Assembly: GCA_026004395.1 (NCBI GenBank)
Contig: BPJB01000001.1
Span: forward strand, 263,343-327,342
Source of the DNA: Patescibacteria group bacterium
GTDB taxonomy: Bacteria; Patescibacteriota; Microgenomatia; Levybacterales; UBA12049
DNA length: 64,000 nt
Direction: 5' to 3'
The position numbers and the translations under genes are program-made. The notes under the pieces were generated by a model. It worked only from the letters and a program-made list of their open reading frames with translations, was not told the DNA's origin and made no database searches. Positions within the stretch are counted from its first letter, which is position 1. Each line of letters begins with the position of its first letter. Below, piece after piece: positions 52,311-60,976 of the stretch.

Positions 52311-52909
52311 TAGATTTTTTTGCTAAATTTATTTCATTCATTTTTAATCCTTATTTTCTTCTTCTTCCCATACCTTATCTTCTTGTAGTGAGAGAAACAG
52401 GTGATCCTATTTATGCGCTAAAATGGACTTTCCTTTCTCTTTTCTTTGTTTTTGTGGTTATACTTTTTGTACTCTACGCAATTCGTAAAGGATACTTTTC
52501 CGATCTTGATGTCTCAAAAAGAGAACAGAGATTTCTTTGGTTTCTTTTTGTTGGGATTGTTGGAGTATTTTATCTTTTATCATTAATTTTTTTTGAAGGT
52601 CCTGTTGTACTTTGGATAGTTGCAGCTGGTATTCTATTTAGTGTTGTTGTATTTTCTATACTTAATTTACGAATAAAGGCAAGTTTACATGTTGCAGCAA
52701 TTTCTTCTTTGATATTTGCGATGAGTATTCTTTATGGTGGAGTATTTTTGTTATTATTATTTTTGATTCCACTAATTGGTTGGTCTCGTATTAGAATCAA
52801 GCGACATACATTATATGAAACGATTGTCGGAGCTATAACAGGGATCGCAATTACTTTACTTTTTTACATAATTTTTAAAGTAATGATGGGAATATCGGTA
52901 TCTTTATGA
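52307..52909 (+). CDS. PAP2-like multi-TM membrane protein
   Basis: KASLH, WSRI.IKRHT..E...G motifs; next to dgkA. Confidence 0.7.
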   Translation: MIDFFAKFISFIFNPYFLLLPIPYLLVVRETGDPIYALKWTFLSLFFVFVVILFVLYAIRKGYFSDLDVSKREQRFLWFLFVGIVGVFYLLSLIFFEGPVVLWIVAAGILFSVVVFSILNLRIKASLHVAAISSLIFAMSILYGGVFLLLLFLIPLIGWSRIRIKRHTLYETIVGAITGIAITLLFYIIFKVMMGISVSL

Positions 52910-53277
52910 TTAAACACAGGACTCTTATCAATTCATTTCATTATGCAATTCAAGGAATAGGTTATGCATTAAAAGAAGATCAGAATTTGCGTATTCATTT
53001 CCTTGTTGCACTTTGTGTGATTGCTGCCAGTATCTATTTCAAAGTCAATGCATTTGAAATGGGAATCTTGGGAATTATGATTTTACTCGTCATTGCAACA
53101 GAAATGATTAACACAGCGATTGAAAATATGGTTGATCTAATTACAAAAGAATATCGAATGGAAGCAAAAATTGCAAAAGACGTAGCATCAGGAATGGTTT
53201 TAATCACATCTTTGGGGGCTGCAATAGTTGGATTGCTTATTTTCCTCCCTTATATCATTCGTTATTTCTTCAGTTAA
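52906..53277 (+). CDS. dgkA: Diacylglycerol/undecaprenol kinase
   Basis: SF.YA.QG, NLRIH, EMINTAIE..VD, AKIAKDVASG.V. Confidence 0.9.
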   Translation: MIKHRTLINSFHYAIQGIGYALKEDQNLRIHFLVALCVIAASIYFKVNAFEMGILGIMILLVIATEMINTAIENMVDLITKEYRMEAKIAKDVASGMVLITSLGAAIVGLLIFLPYIIRYFFS

Positions 53278-53327
53278 TGCACTAACTAGCAATTTCAGCC
53301 TGATTTCGATAAAATTAATAATACTTT

Positions 53328-53401
53328 TGCCGGATCGTCTAATGGTAGGACAACGGACTCTGAATCCGTTTATCTTGGTTCGAATCCAGGTCCGGCAGCC
53401 A
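53328..53401 (+). tRNA. tRNA-Gln (anticodon CTG), CCA encoded
   Basis: Acceptor TGCCGGA/TCCGGCA-G-CCA, D-loop TAATGGTA, anticodon arm ACGGA-CTCTGAA-TCCGT, T-loop GGTTCGAATCC. Confidence 0.95.
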
Positions 53402-54054
53402 AGTAGGTGATGATTTTTGCAAAAAGTGATAATTAACCTTAGTTATTTTATAAATTGAATGAGGGTGGTATTAAGGATTTTAAACGTGTATGATATATTT
53501 TTACGTTTATTGACGATTGGACAGAGTCCATCAAGACGTCATAACAACATTATTCAAAAATCAAAAATATTATTGTTCAGATTTTAGTCCATCTATTCCT
53601 ATGAATATTTTAAGATCAGCAAAGAACTAAGAGGTAGGATCATCGGATAGATCTTTTTTGGAAAAGAGGGCATTGTACGTGTTTCAGGTGTAGGAATTGT
53701 AAGTGAGGTTAGACGAGTAATTTCTGAGTATCCTTGGCAAGGTTTATAGCTCTTGCTGTTTCTAAGAGTAATCCAGTTTCTAAAAGAAATTCATGTCGAT
53801 TGTGTTTTTCTTTCATAATGGAAGTGGTTTCTCTACTTTGATTTAAAACAATTTAAATAGCAATCAATGTCAAAGTATTTTTATCAACAAATTTATTTTT
53901 TTGCAATAGCAGTAGATATTAGACGGAATAGATTTCTAGTTCATTAATTATCTAACAATCGAATATACAACATTTACTGTATTAAGATAAAAATTTAATT
54001 AAGAAAGAGAGTGATTTTATTAGTGTTACTCGAAGAAATAAGGAGGTCTAAGAA

Positions 54055-54921
54055 TTAATAGAGCTTGTTCATACCTGTAATATCACCGGTATTAAGATCG
54101 CGTTTTTTTGTTTCACCTTCTGTGGCATATCCATACATAGTCTCATCTGTGCAACTTGAGTTATAAAGATCAATTAGTCCTACGCTGTGTCCTAATTCAT
54201 GCGTTGCAATATTCTCAAAATCCATTTTCCCTGCTTCACCACTTGCAGACCATTGATATGCTGTATTATAGATTTGATCCCATTCAACGATTCTTCTTTT
54301 GGATACCAAACCACTAAAATATCCCCACACAATAGTTACTGCGATTGTATTGGGATCATCAATTGGTCCAAAGTATACCTCATTGAGACCATCAGGAGCA
54401 GTTGTATCAGCAACAAGGACATTGGTTGTTAAAGAACCATCTCCCAGCACATTCAAACCTCCGTTACCTAACACTCCATCAGTCGCATCCTCCCATTTGC
54501 TTATATCTTGTGAGAGATTAGACAATACAAAATTATCTAGCAATCCGCTACCTGTGGCATTTAGCAGCCATGGCTCAACATTTTTCCATTTAGCGCCTTT
54601 AGCAAAAAATCCATAACAAGAGGTTTTACTATTTGTTAGTTTTGATTTGTGCAAGAAAGCTTGTTTAAATTTTGCTTTTTTGTGAATTATCGCATATCCT
54701 TCAACATCAAGTCCGCTTACTGGATCTTTAGCCTTGGGGATTTTATAGAGATCATCAGCAATTTTGACTGCTGTATCTGGAAGCCTAAAGGTTTGCTGCC
54801 AGTTAGTTGGCGATAAGGATGGTAATGTAGTAACTTGAGAAAGTTTCACAAAAGCAAAACTTTTTCCTACGATTAAGAGAAGCAATACTATAGCTAAATA
54901 AAGATAGGCAGGAGAACGCAT
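54055..54921 (-). CDS. Secreted matrixin-like (metzincin) zinc metalloprotease
   Basis: Signal peptide; HELGHSVGLID zinc motif; Met-turn ETMYGY; DI.G...LY end. Confidence 0.8.
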   Translation of the reverse strand: MRSPAYLYLAIVLLLLIVGKSFAFVKLSQVTTLPSLSPTNWQQTFRLPDTAVKIADDLYKIPKAKDPVSGLDVEGYAIIHKKAKFKQAFLHKSKLTNSKTSCYGFFAKGAKWKNVEPWLLNATGSGLLDNFVLSNLSQDISKWEDATDGVLGNGGLNVLGDGSLTTNVLVADTTAPDGLNEVYFGPIDDPNTIAVTIVWGYFSGLVSKRRIVEWDQIYNTAYQWSASGEAGKMDFENIATHELGHSVGLIDLYNSSCTDETMYGYATEGETKKRDLNTGDITGMNKLY

Positions 54922-55013
54922 CAATAATAGTAAAGTAACAAAGAAAAAACTTAAAGTCAAGATCAGAGAATAGGCTTTGAAGGTTAGTATTTATTGCTAT
55001 AGATTTACCTCTG

Positions 55014-55580
55014 TTATTGAGTATCAAAAATATTTTTTTCTATTAGATGTTCTCGAACTATTTGTTTTCTTATCTCTGCTTTTGGTAAAAGATCTTCAAT
55101 GACTTTTGCATAACGAATGGGATTGTGTATTAAATATAACTCCTCATATTTATTTCCTTTTTCATCATAAAGACTAATCGTGCCAAAGTTAAATATTTTT
55201 CCAAGCAGAGATTGTTTCACTTCAACAAGTGCAATCTTTTCTAAAAGGTATTTTTCTTCAGTCTTAAAGATTAATCCTTTCCTGTGATAAATAATAGTTT
55301 TCGTAATCTCATAATATTCATTCAACCATTGTAAGATAATGATCACAGTCAGTAGAGTTTTCAGGATTACTAATATAAGAAAAAGCGGGATATTAAATAT
55401 CCTTATCCCCATTTCTGCTAGTCTAGTTTCATCAAATTCAGATAACAACGCATGGAAGATGATGATTAATATGGCTGCGATTATTTCAAGCAATATTAAT
55501 TTTAAGAGTAGTATTGAGATACTTAAGCGGATGTTAATGTGTGTAACTTGTATTGTTCCATTATTTCTTTTATTAGTCAT
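55014..55580 (-). CDS. Membrane protein with bacterial PH (bPH_2-like) domain
   Basis: Two TMs then W..EYYEIT...I.HRKGLI...V.VKQSLLGKIFNFGTI. Confidence 0.75.
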   Translation of the reverse strand: MTNKRNNGTIQVTHINIRLSISILLLKLILLEIIAAILIIIFHALLSEFDETRLAEMGIRIFNIPLFLILVILKTLLTVIIILQWLNEYYEITKTIIYHRKGLIFKTEEKYLLEKIALVEVKQSLLGKIFNFGTISLYDEKGNKYEELYLIHNPIRYAKVIEDLLPKAEIRKQIVREHLIEKNIFDTQ

Positions 55581-55964
55581 CAAGTACATTATACAACCTC
55601 TTTATAATTCGTAGCATATTAATGTATTATTTTGATCTACTTGACAAAGAATGACACTTGTTGTTATAAGTTCGCTAGACAAAAAAACAAATCCAGTCTA
55701 ATGGGTGAGTTGCAGGATTGCAATTGTATTTTTTAGTTATACAACAGTAAGTTTTATTCTCTGAAAGTATATAAAAATTTTCTTCTAAGCTTTTAAATTA
55801 AAACTTGGTGATAATCATTGAGTTATTAATACAATTACAACTTTTGTTAGAAGTATTATTTAGGTCATTAAATTTAACTATCTTTATGAGTATTTTGGAA
55901 GTAACTGATATTCTAAAAATTAACACTATCACTATTTAGAATAGTACTTTGGATTAAAATACCT

Positions 55965-56156
55965 ATGGGAACATTAAGATTGTCACTGATACGCAGAAGA
56001 AGAAAAAGAAAAGCAGAATTAGCGAAACTGCGTCGGCTTTTTCTAAAAGCTAAAACTCAGGAAGAGAAAGATAAAGTGTTTGAGAAAGTATTTAGAATAG
56101 CTCCTCATTTGAGCAAAGAAGATTTCTTGTTATCTGTTAAACAATCTCAAAAATAA
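55965..56156 (+). CDS. Small basic protein (DUF6800-like)
   Basis: IRRRRKRKAELAKLR....KAKT.EEKDK..EK..RIAP. Confidence 0.65.
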   Translation: MGTLRLSLIRRRRKRKAELAKLRRLFLKAKTQEEKDKVFEKVFRIAPHLSKEDFLLSVKQSQK

Positions 56157-56203
56157 AGCTACATTTTAAATTGTAATTTGTTAAATAAATTAAAATTCCT
56201 AGT

Positions 56204-57061
56204 CTATCTTCTTTTTTCTACTTTTTTGCTATCTTCAGGTTCTTTTTGGTAGGGAAAAGGTATATAGTGAACAGATGGGCGTCTCACAGCAGCTTGAGGA
56301 TATTCATCCATTAGATCATAAATTTCGCGGGGTAAACCTACTTCAACAGGTAATCCTAGTTTTTTTGCCTCTTCATATTCAATTGGATAATCATGTGTCC
56401 ATTGCCCTCTTGTTAATGCATTAGCTATCAATTTTGCTTTTTCTTTTAGTACTCCATTTTCCATTAAGATGGAGATTACTGTTTCTTTTACTTGTTTAAT
56501 AGCTTTTTCTGCAATATTTGCCAGTATTAAAGTTTTATCATCCAGATTTTTCGTGGGTTTTTTCTTAATAGTATCGAGTATAGAAGCGGCGGGATATTCA
56601 CCGAGCTGAGGATCAAGAGGACCCAAAACAGCATTTTCATCCATGACAATTCTATCTCCTGCAAGTGCAATTAATGTTCCTCCTGACATAGCATAATGAG
56701 GAATGAAAACTGTTACAGGAGCTTTGTGTCTGACTAAAGCTCGCGCAATTTGTTCTGCTGCCAATACCAAACCTCCCGGTGTATGAATTATAAAATCAAT
56801 GGGTACATTTTTGGGTGTAAGACGTATTGCTCGTAATACACTTTCAGAATCTTCAATATCAATGAAACGAGAGAAAGGGATTCCTAAGAAAGAAAATATT
56901 TCTTGTCTGTGAATTAAAGCAATGACTCTGCTTTTTCTTTTTCTTTGCAGAGTATCAATTATTTTGTCTCTTCGCGCCTCAAGCCATTTGCGCTGAAGAA
57001 TCGGACTAAGAGTTGCAAAAATAAATAACAACCACAAAATATCAAATACTGTAATTTGCAT
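56204..57061 (-). CDS. Membrane-anchored ClpP/crotonase-fold serine protease (SDH_sah / S49-like)
   Basis: IHRQE, IDIEDSE.VLRAI, HTPGG.V.AA, YAMSGGTLIAL, LGPLDPQ, WTHDYPI. Confidence 0.85.
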   Translation of the reverse strand: MQITVFDILWLLFIFATLSPILQRKWLEARRDKIIDTLQRKRKSRVIALIHRQEIFSFLGIPFSRFIDIEDSESVLRAIRLTPKNVPIDFIIHTPGGLVLAAEQIARALVRHKAPVTVFIPHYAMSGGTLIALAGDRIVMDENAVLGPLDPQLGEYPAASILDTIKKKPTKNLDDKTLILANIAEKAIKQVKETVISILMENGVLKEKAKLIANALTRGQWTHDYPIEYEEAKKLGLPVEVGLPREIYDLMDEYPQAAVRRPSVHYIPFPYQKEPEDSKKVEKRR

Positions 57062-57081
57062 AATATGATTATATACCTATT

Positions 57082-57097
57082 GGTGATGAACATCAAA
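57082..57097. promoter_or_regulatory. CRP/FNR-like box upstream of the SDH_sah protease
   Basis: Minus strand TTGAT-GTTC-ATCAC, just upstream of TATAAT (57068-57073). Confidence 0.5.
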
Positions 57098-57104
57098 AAT
57101 TATA

Positions 57105-57245
57105 TTATTTATTTTTCTTCTGTATCTGTTGCCAAAGCCAGATACCCAACAGTATTGCATCTATTAAAATAACTATCCAGAAAAGTGATACGAATATTCC
57201 AAATCCTCCCCAGTTCATCATACCACCATTCCAATATCCCATCAT
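57105..57245 (-). CDS. 46-aa single-TM protein (missed by ORF track)
   Basis: MMGYWNGGMMNWGGFGIFVSLFWIVILIDAILLGIWLWQQIQKKNK*; GGGAGGTGA SD; start abuts upstream stop. Confidence 0.75.
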   Translation of the reverse strand: MMGYWNGGMMNWGGFGIFVSLFWIVILIDAILLGIWLWQQIQKKNK

Positions 57246-58055
57246 TTAAGATTCACCTCCCTTCTTAATTTTTTCTTGCTCAATTTGCTCTGCAATTTTT
57301 TTGCTTTTCAAAAAAACTGTGTTAAGAGGTATATTGAGTTCAGTAGCAAATTGTCCAAGCACCATTTTTTGTAAATGGGTTGGTAAGTGAGATTTCATTT
57401 TCTGAAATATTTCTCTATGCCCTCCCAAGATAATAAAATGTATATTTTTGTCTTTTACAAAATCATCGATTACTTCAGCAATAAATTGAAGATGGCGATG
57501 AAGATGATCCTCGATATGACGAAAAATTTTATCACTTCTTCCATAGTAGTGTTCTTCATTTGCTCTTACTTTTTGCGGAACATTTCCATTAAATACGTCT
57601 TTATGTTCTTCTATCTCTCCCAAATGAACAGTAAAAATCCGTGCTTTTTTATGATCAACAAGGAGCACTAGATATTTTGTATATGTATCTAAAGCTTCGA
57701 GTATTGGTTTAAGATATGGAGCGTGTAAGATAACGCAAAGTGGCGGAAGATAAAACTCAAAATCAAGTACTTCGAATAACTTTTCTCCGGCTGAGAAAAA
57801 AACAATGCTTCTTTTGCCTCGACTGTCATATTGTTCTTTAAGAAAACTTATGATGCGATCAATATCTTTTTTAAATGCTTTTTGTTCATCTTTGGTAAGA
57901 GACTGGTGGATAAGAGAATGGAATTGGGAAACAACAACATTTGTATGAAATGTTTTCTTCTCAGCAGTGCCTAAATAAACTGAAAGAACTGGATAGGGTA
58001 AATTCATCAGTTTTTGTAATTGTTTAATTTTTACAGTTATGTTTGTCTTAGTCAT
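57246..58055 (-). CDS. Bacterial aeRF1/Pelota-family protein (baeRF, Balon-like) lacking GGQ
   Basis: PVLSVYL N-domain; APYLKP; LVLLVD.KKARIF...GEIEE M-domain; IILGG; loop has no GGQ. Confidence 0.75.
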   Translation of the reverse strand: MTKTNITVKIKQLQKLMNLPYPVLSVYLGTAEKKTFHTNVVVSQFHSLIHQSLTKDEQKAFKKDIDRIISFLKEQYDSRGKRSIVFFSAGEKLFEVLDFEFYLPPLCVILHAPYLKPILEALDTYTKYLVLLVDHKKARIFTVHLGEIEEHKDVFNGNVPQKVRANEEHYYGRSDKIFRHIEDHLHRHLQFIAEVIDDFVKDKNIHFIILGGHREIFQKMKSHLPTHLQKMVLGQFATELNIPLNTVFLKSKKIAEQIEQEKIKKGGES

Positions 58056-59134
58056 ATGACTCCATTCACGCTTTTTAGTTTTCTTGTCTCTATAATGGGA
58101 GTTATTTGTACAGACTTAAGTTTATGAAGATAAATTCTTCCATTTCTTTTTACTCCTGAGATAAGTTTTTGATCCCAAATATTCTTACCTAGTGGTACAA
58201 CAATTCTTCCTCCTTCCTTAAGTTGTTGAATCCAGGTTTGTGGAATATGGGGAACAGCCGCATCTACAACAATCGCATCAAAGGGTGCGAACTGCGTAAG
58301 TCCGTCAAGACCATTACCAGTAATTACATGCACATTTGTATAGCCTAATTTAGTTAGAGTATTTGTTGCCTTTTTAGCAAGTGCTGGGAGAATCTCTATT
58401 GTATAAACTTCCTTGGCAAGATGTGATAAAACAGCGCTCATGTATCCTGTTCCTGTTCCTATATCTAATACTTTTTCTGTTCCTTTTAGTTTTAGCGCTT
58501 GCACCATCAAACCGATAAGAGAGGGCTGGCTTATTACTTGACCAGCGCGTGTGGGTAGAGTGATATCCAGATACGCTTCATCTTTATATTTTGACGGTAC
58601 GAAAAGATGTCGTGGTACAGTCTCCAGAGCATGCAAAACTCTCTTATCCACTACACCTAAAGGTTTTATATACTCTTCAACTAAAATTTTTCGCAACTGT
58701 TCATCAAGTTTAGGTCGCTTTCTAATAGTCTTTTTTTTTGCTGATTCTTCAATCTTTCCCCATTTTTGAGGAGTAGTAAAGTAATCAGGATGAGTGCGTA
58801 TTGATGCGTGAGAATAGTATTCACTATCACTTTTGAGATGTTTGCCTCTATATTCTTCTAATTTTTTATCTATTCGATCAAAAACTTCTTCAATGAGAGC
58901 TTCAGGAGATTCCCATCCTTCACATCTAGCATATAGTGGTTTGTAAGGCAATCCCAGTAGGATATCACTATCATAAAATCCATTTCTTCTATGCATATTA
59001 ATATTAAATCGTAGCAAAACAGGATCTGTATTAGTAAAAGGAATGCGTTTTGCGATTTGTTTGACTCTTCTCTCGATAAGATGAAGCCATTTATCCGAGA
59101 GAGAACAATTTTTAGCAGTAATTGTGTAAATCAT
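58052..59134 (-). CDS. pcm: HPF/RaiA-like domain fused to protein-L-isoaspartate O-methyltransferase
   Basis: N-term MIYTITAKN.SLS....IERRV...LPYKPLYAR...ALIEEVFDRIDKKLEEYR; C-term VPRHLFVP, ISQP, VLDIGTGTGY, APFDAI, QLKEGGRIVVP. Confidence 0.8.
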   Translation of the reverse strand: MIYTITAKNCSLSDKWLHLIERRVKQIAKRIPFTNTDPVLLRFNINMHRRNGFYDSDILLGLPYKPLYARCEGWESPEALIEEVFDRIDKKLEEYRGKHLKSDSEYYSHASIRTHPDYFTTPQKWGKIEESAKKKTIRKRPKLDEQLRKILVEEYIKPLGVVDKRVLHALETVPRHLFVPSKYKDEAYLDITLPTRAGQVISQPSLIGLMVQALKLKGTEKVLDIGTGTGYMSAVLSHLAKEVYTIEILPALAKKATNTLTKLGYTNVHVITGNGLDGLTQFAPFDAIVVDAAVPHIPQTWIQQLKEGGRIVVPLGKNIWDQKLISGVKRNGRIYLHKLKSVQITPIIETRKLKSVNGVI

Positions 59135-59174
59135 AGATGACAAAAACAAAATACTTCAACTGAGATTTTCTTGC

Positions 59175-59213
59175 AAGGATGATAATCACTAAATTTTTGT
59201 GATAATAGTTACA
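59175..59213. promoter_or_regulatory. Tandem CRP-type boxes between HPF-pcm and the crp gene
   Basis: TGTGA-TAATAG-TTACA (59198-59213) in AT-rich flanks; weaker AGTGA-TTATCA-TCCTT on minus (59175-59190); TTGCAA-N17-TATTTT minus-strand promoter. Confidence 0.65.
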
Positions 59214-59254
59214 AATTTGAGCATTTGGACAGGAATAAATGTTAAAATACATCT

Positions 59255-59914
59255 ATGTCTTTTTCTTCTTCAACTTCTCTTAAAGTAGAGAGTTTTTTCA
59301 CACAGTATAAATTTATAAGATATAAAAAAGATGAGATCCTTTTTCGCGCAGAAGATACACCACCGGGAGTTTATTATTTAAAAAGTGGTTTTGTCAAGCA
59401 GTATATTGTTTCTAAAGAAGGTAGCGAGTTAATACTTCACATATATGGTCCAGGATCTTTTTTTCCAATGATGTGGGTAATTGGAGAGGTACCCAATGAA
59501 TATTTCTATACTGCAATGACAGCTTGCACAACATTTCGAGCGCCAACGGATAAAACAAGACAATTTTTGGTGGAGAATCCTGATGTGGTTTTTGATTTGA
59601 CAAAAAGATTGTATTTGGGAGTTGATGGATTGCTAAAGCGAATCGAAGATCTCTCTCTTGGAACTGCTTATACACAAGTAATCTCTGTACTGCTTTACCT
59701 GGCGCAACATTTTGGTAAGAGATGGGGGAAGAGCATAGTGATACCTTATAAATTCACCCATCAGGATATTTCAGCAATTATGGGAACTGTTCGTGAGACA
59801 GCTACCAGAGAATTAGATAAATTGGTGAGAGAAAAACTTATTCTTTACGAAAAACATTCTATCATTATTCCAGACATAGAGAGACTTCGAAAAAAGCACA
59901 CCTTTAGAAGATAA
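59255..59914 (+). CDS. Crp/Fnr family transcriptional regulator
   Basis: Beta-roll (YYLKSGFVKQY..SKEG.E) and HTH FTHQDISAIMGTVRETATRELDKL. Confidence 0.92.
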   Translation: MSFSSSTSLKVESFFTQYKFIRYKKDEILFRAEDTPPGVYYLKSGFVKQYIVSKEGSELILHIYGPGSFFPMMWVIGEVPNEYFYTAMTACTTFRAPTDKTRQFLVENPDVVFDLTKRLYLGVDGLLKRIEDLSLGTAYTQVISVLLYLAQHFGKRWGKSIVIPYKFTHQDISAIMGTVRETATRELDKLVREKLILYEKHSIIIPDIERLRKKHTFRR

Positions 59915-59925
59915 TTCTACTATTC

Positions 59926-59992
59926 TGTGATATCTGTTACATTTTTTCTGTGATAAATATCATTGTAATCTGTTCCTTTTTCCTTTTATAGT
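59926..59992 (+). promoter_or_regulatory. Tandem CRP-type boxes and -10 upstream of hsp20
   Basis: TGTGA-TATCTG-TTACA (59926-59941), TGTGA-TAAATA-TCATT (59949-59964), TATAGT (59987-59992). Confidence 0.7.
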
Positions 59993-60024
59993 GGTTTCGT
60001 GGTAGAAGAAAGGAGGTGAGAGGT

Positions 60025-60465
60025 ATGGCAGATAGTTTATTACCACGAAGGCTATGGAGTCTTCCAACAATTACTTTTCCCTCACTTCTTGAAGATGTGT
60101 TTGAAGAGGTAGAAGAGTTGGTTCCGGCAACCATCTGGCCTTCGACTACTTATCTACAAGGGTTAAGTATATCAGAAGATGATAAAAATGTATATGTAGA
60201 AGCAGCAGTTCCAGGTGTTGATCCCAAAGAAATTGAAGTAACATATGAAAATGGTGTCTTGACCATCCGTGGTGAAAAAAAGGAAGAAGAAAAAGGAAAG
60301 ACATTTAGAAGAAGAGCAACAAGATCTTTCTTCTATCGGATATCACCTGGAGACGTTGATCCTAATAAAGAGCCAGAGGCAGTATGCAAAAACGGTGTAA
60401 TGACTGTTACTTTTGCCAAAGTGCCAGAGGCCAAACCCAAAAAAATTGCAGTCAAAACTGCATAA
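60025..60465 (+). CDS. Hsp20/alpha-crystallin small heat shock protein
   Basis: SEDDKNVYVEAAVPGV....IEV...GVLTIRGE, A..KNGVMTVT.AK; AAGGAGGTGA SD. Confidence 0.92.
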   Translation: MADSLLPRRLWSLPTITFPSLLEDVFEEVEELVPATIWPSTTYLQGLSISEDDKNVYVEAAVPGVDPKEIEVTYENGVLTIRGEKKEEEKGKTFRRRATRSFFYRISPGDVDPNKEPEAVCKNGVMTVTFAKVPEAKPKKIAVKTA

Positions 60466-60472
60466 CTGAATA

Positions 60473-60526
60473 CATGCTGGCAGACAGAATATGTTTGCAA
60501 TGCAATCGAGGCAGTCTGCCAGCATG
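60473..60526. repeat. 13-bp perfect inverted repeat downstream of hsp20
   Basis: CATGCTGGCAGAC-N28-GTCTGCCAGCATG. Confidence 0.75.
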
Positions 60527-60567
60527 AAGAATTTATCTATAGCGATGTATTGTGTTAATAAAAGTAT

Positions 60568-60967
60568 ATGGAAAAGATATATATTCATACAACAAAAAAT
60601 AAAGAAGTTGTTGATGTTACGGATCATATTAATAAAATACTTGCTGGGAAAAAGAGAGAGGGCATCTGCCATTTATTTCTCCCACATTCAACTGCGGGAT
60701 TAACAACAGCAATCGATAATAATAACTATGAACTTGATCTTATAGATGCTTTTAATATAGCACTTCCGCATTTTAAAGAATTTGGACAAAGATATACACA
60801 GAGTCATATTTACAACCGTCTTCCTGATCATATAATCTCATCATTTCTAGGTACATCGTTATCAGTTCCAGTAATTGGTAAGAAAAGTGCATTGAGTGAA
60901 TTTCAGTGTTGTACTTGTTGAGTTGAATGGACCGCGTAAGCGTATGTTATGGATAGAATATGAGTAA
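60568..60967 (+). CDS. YjbQ/UPF0047 family protein (frameshift near 60905)
   Basis: EVVDVTD, GICHLFLPHSTAGLT, PDHI.SS.LG.S...PV; tail VVLVELNGPRKR in another frame to TAA 60965-60967. Confidence 0.75.
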
Positions 60968-60976
60968 GGAGAAAAT

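Noticed and set aside
53228-53410. 60-aa ORF
   Set aside because: Overlaps tRNA-Gln; spurious
55641-55760. Possible small RNA after TTGACA-N18-TATAAG with short hairpins
   Set aside because: Stems are short and AT-rich, with no terminator or recognisable family
55807-55822. GTGATAAT half-sites (also ~53427) as extra Crp boxes
   Set aside because: Only one half-site matches and there is no consistent promoter geometry
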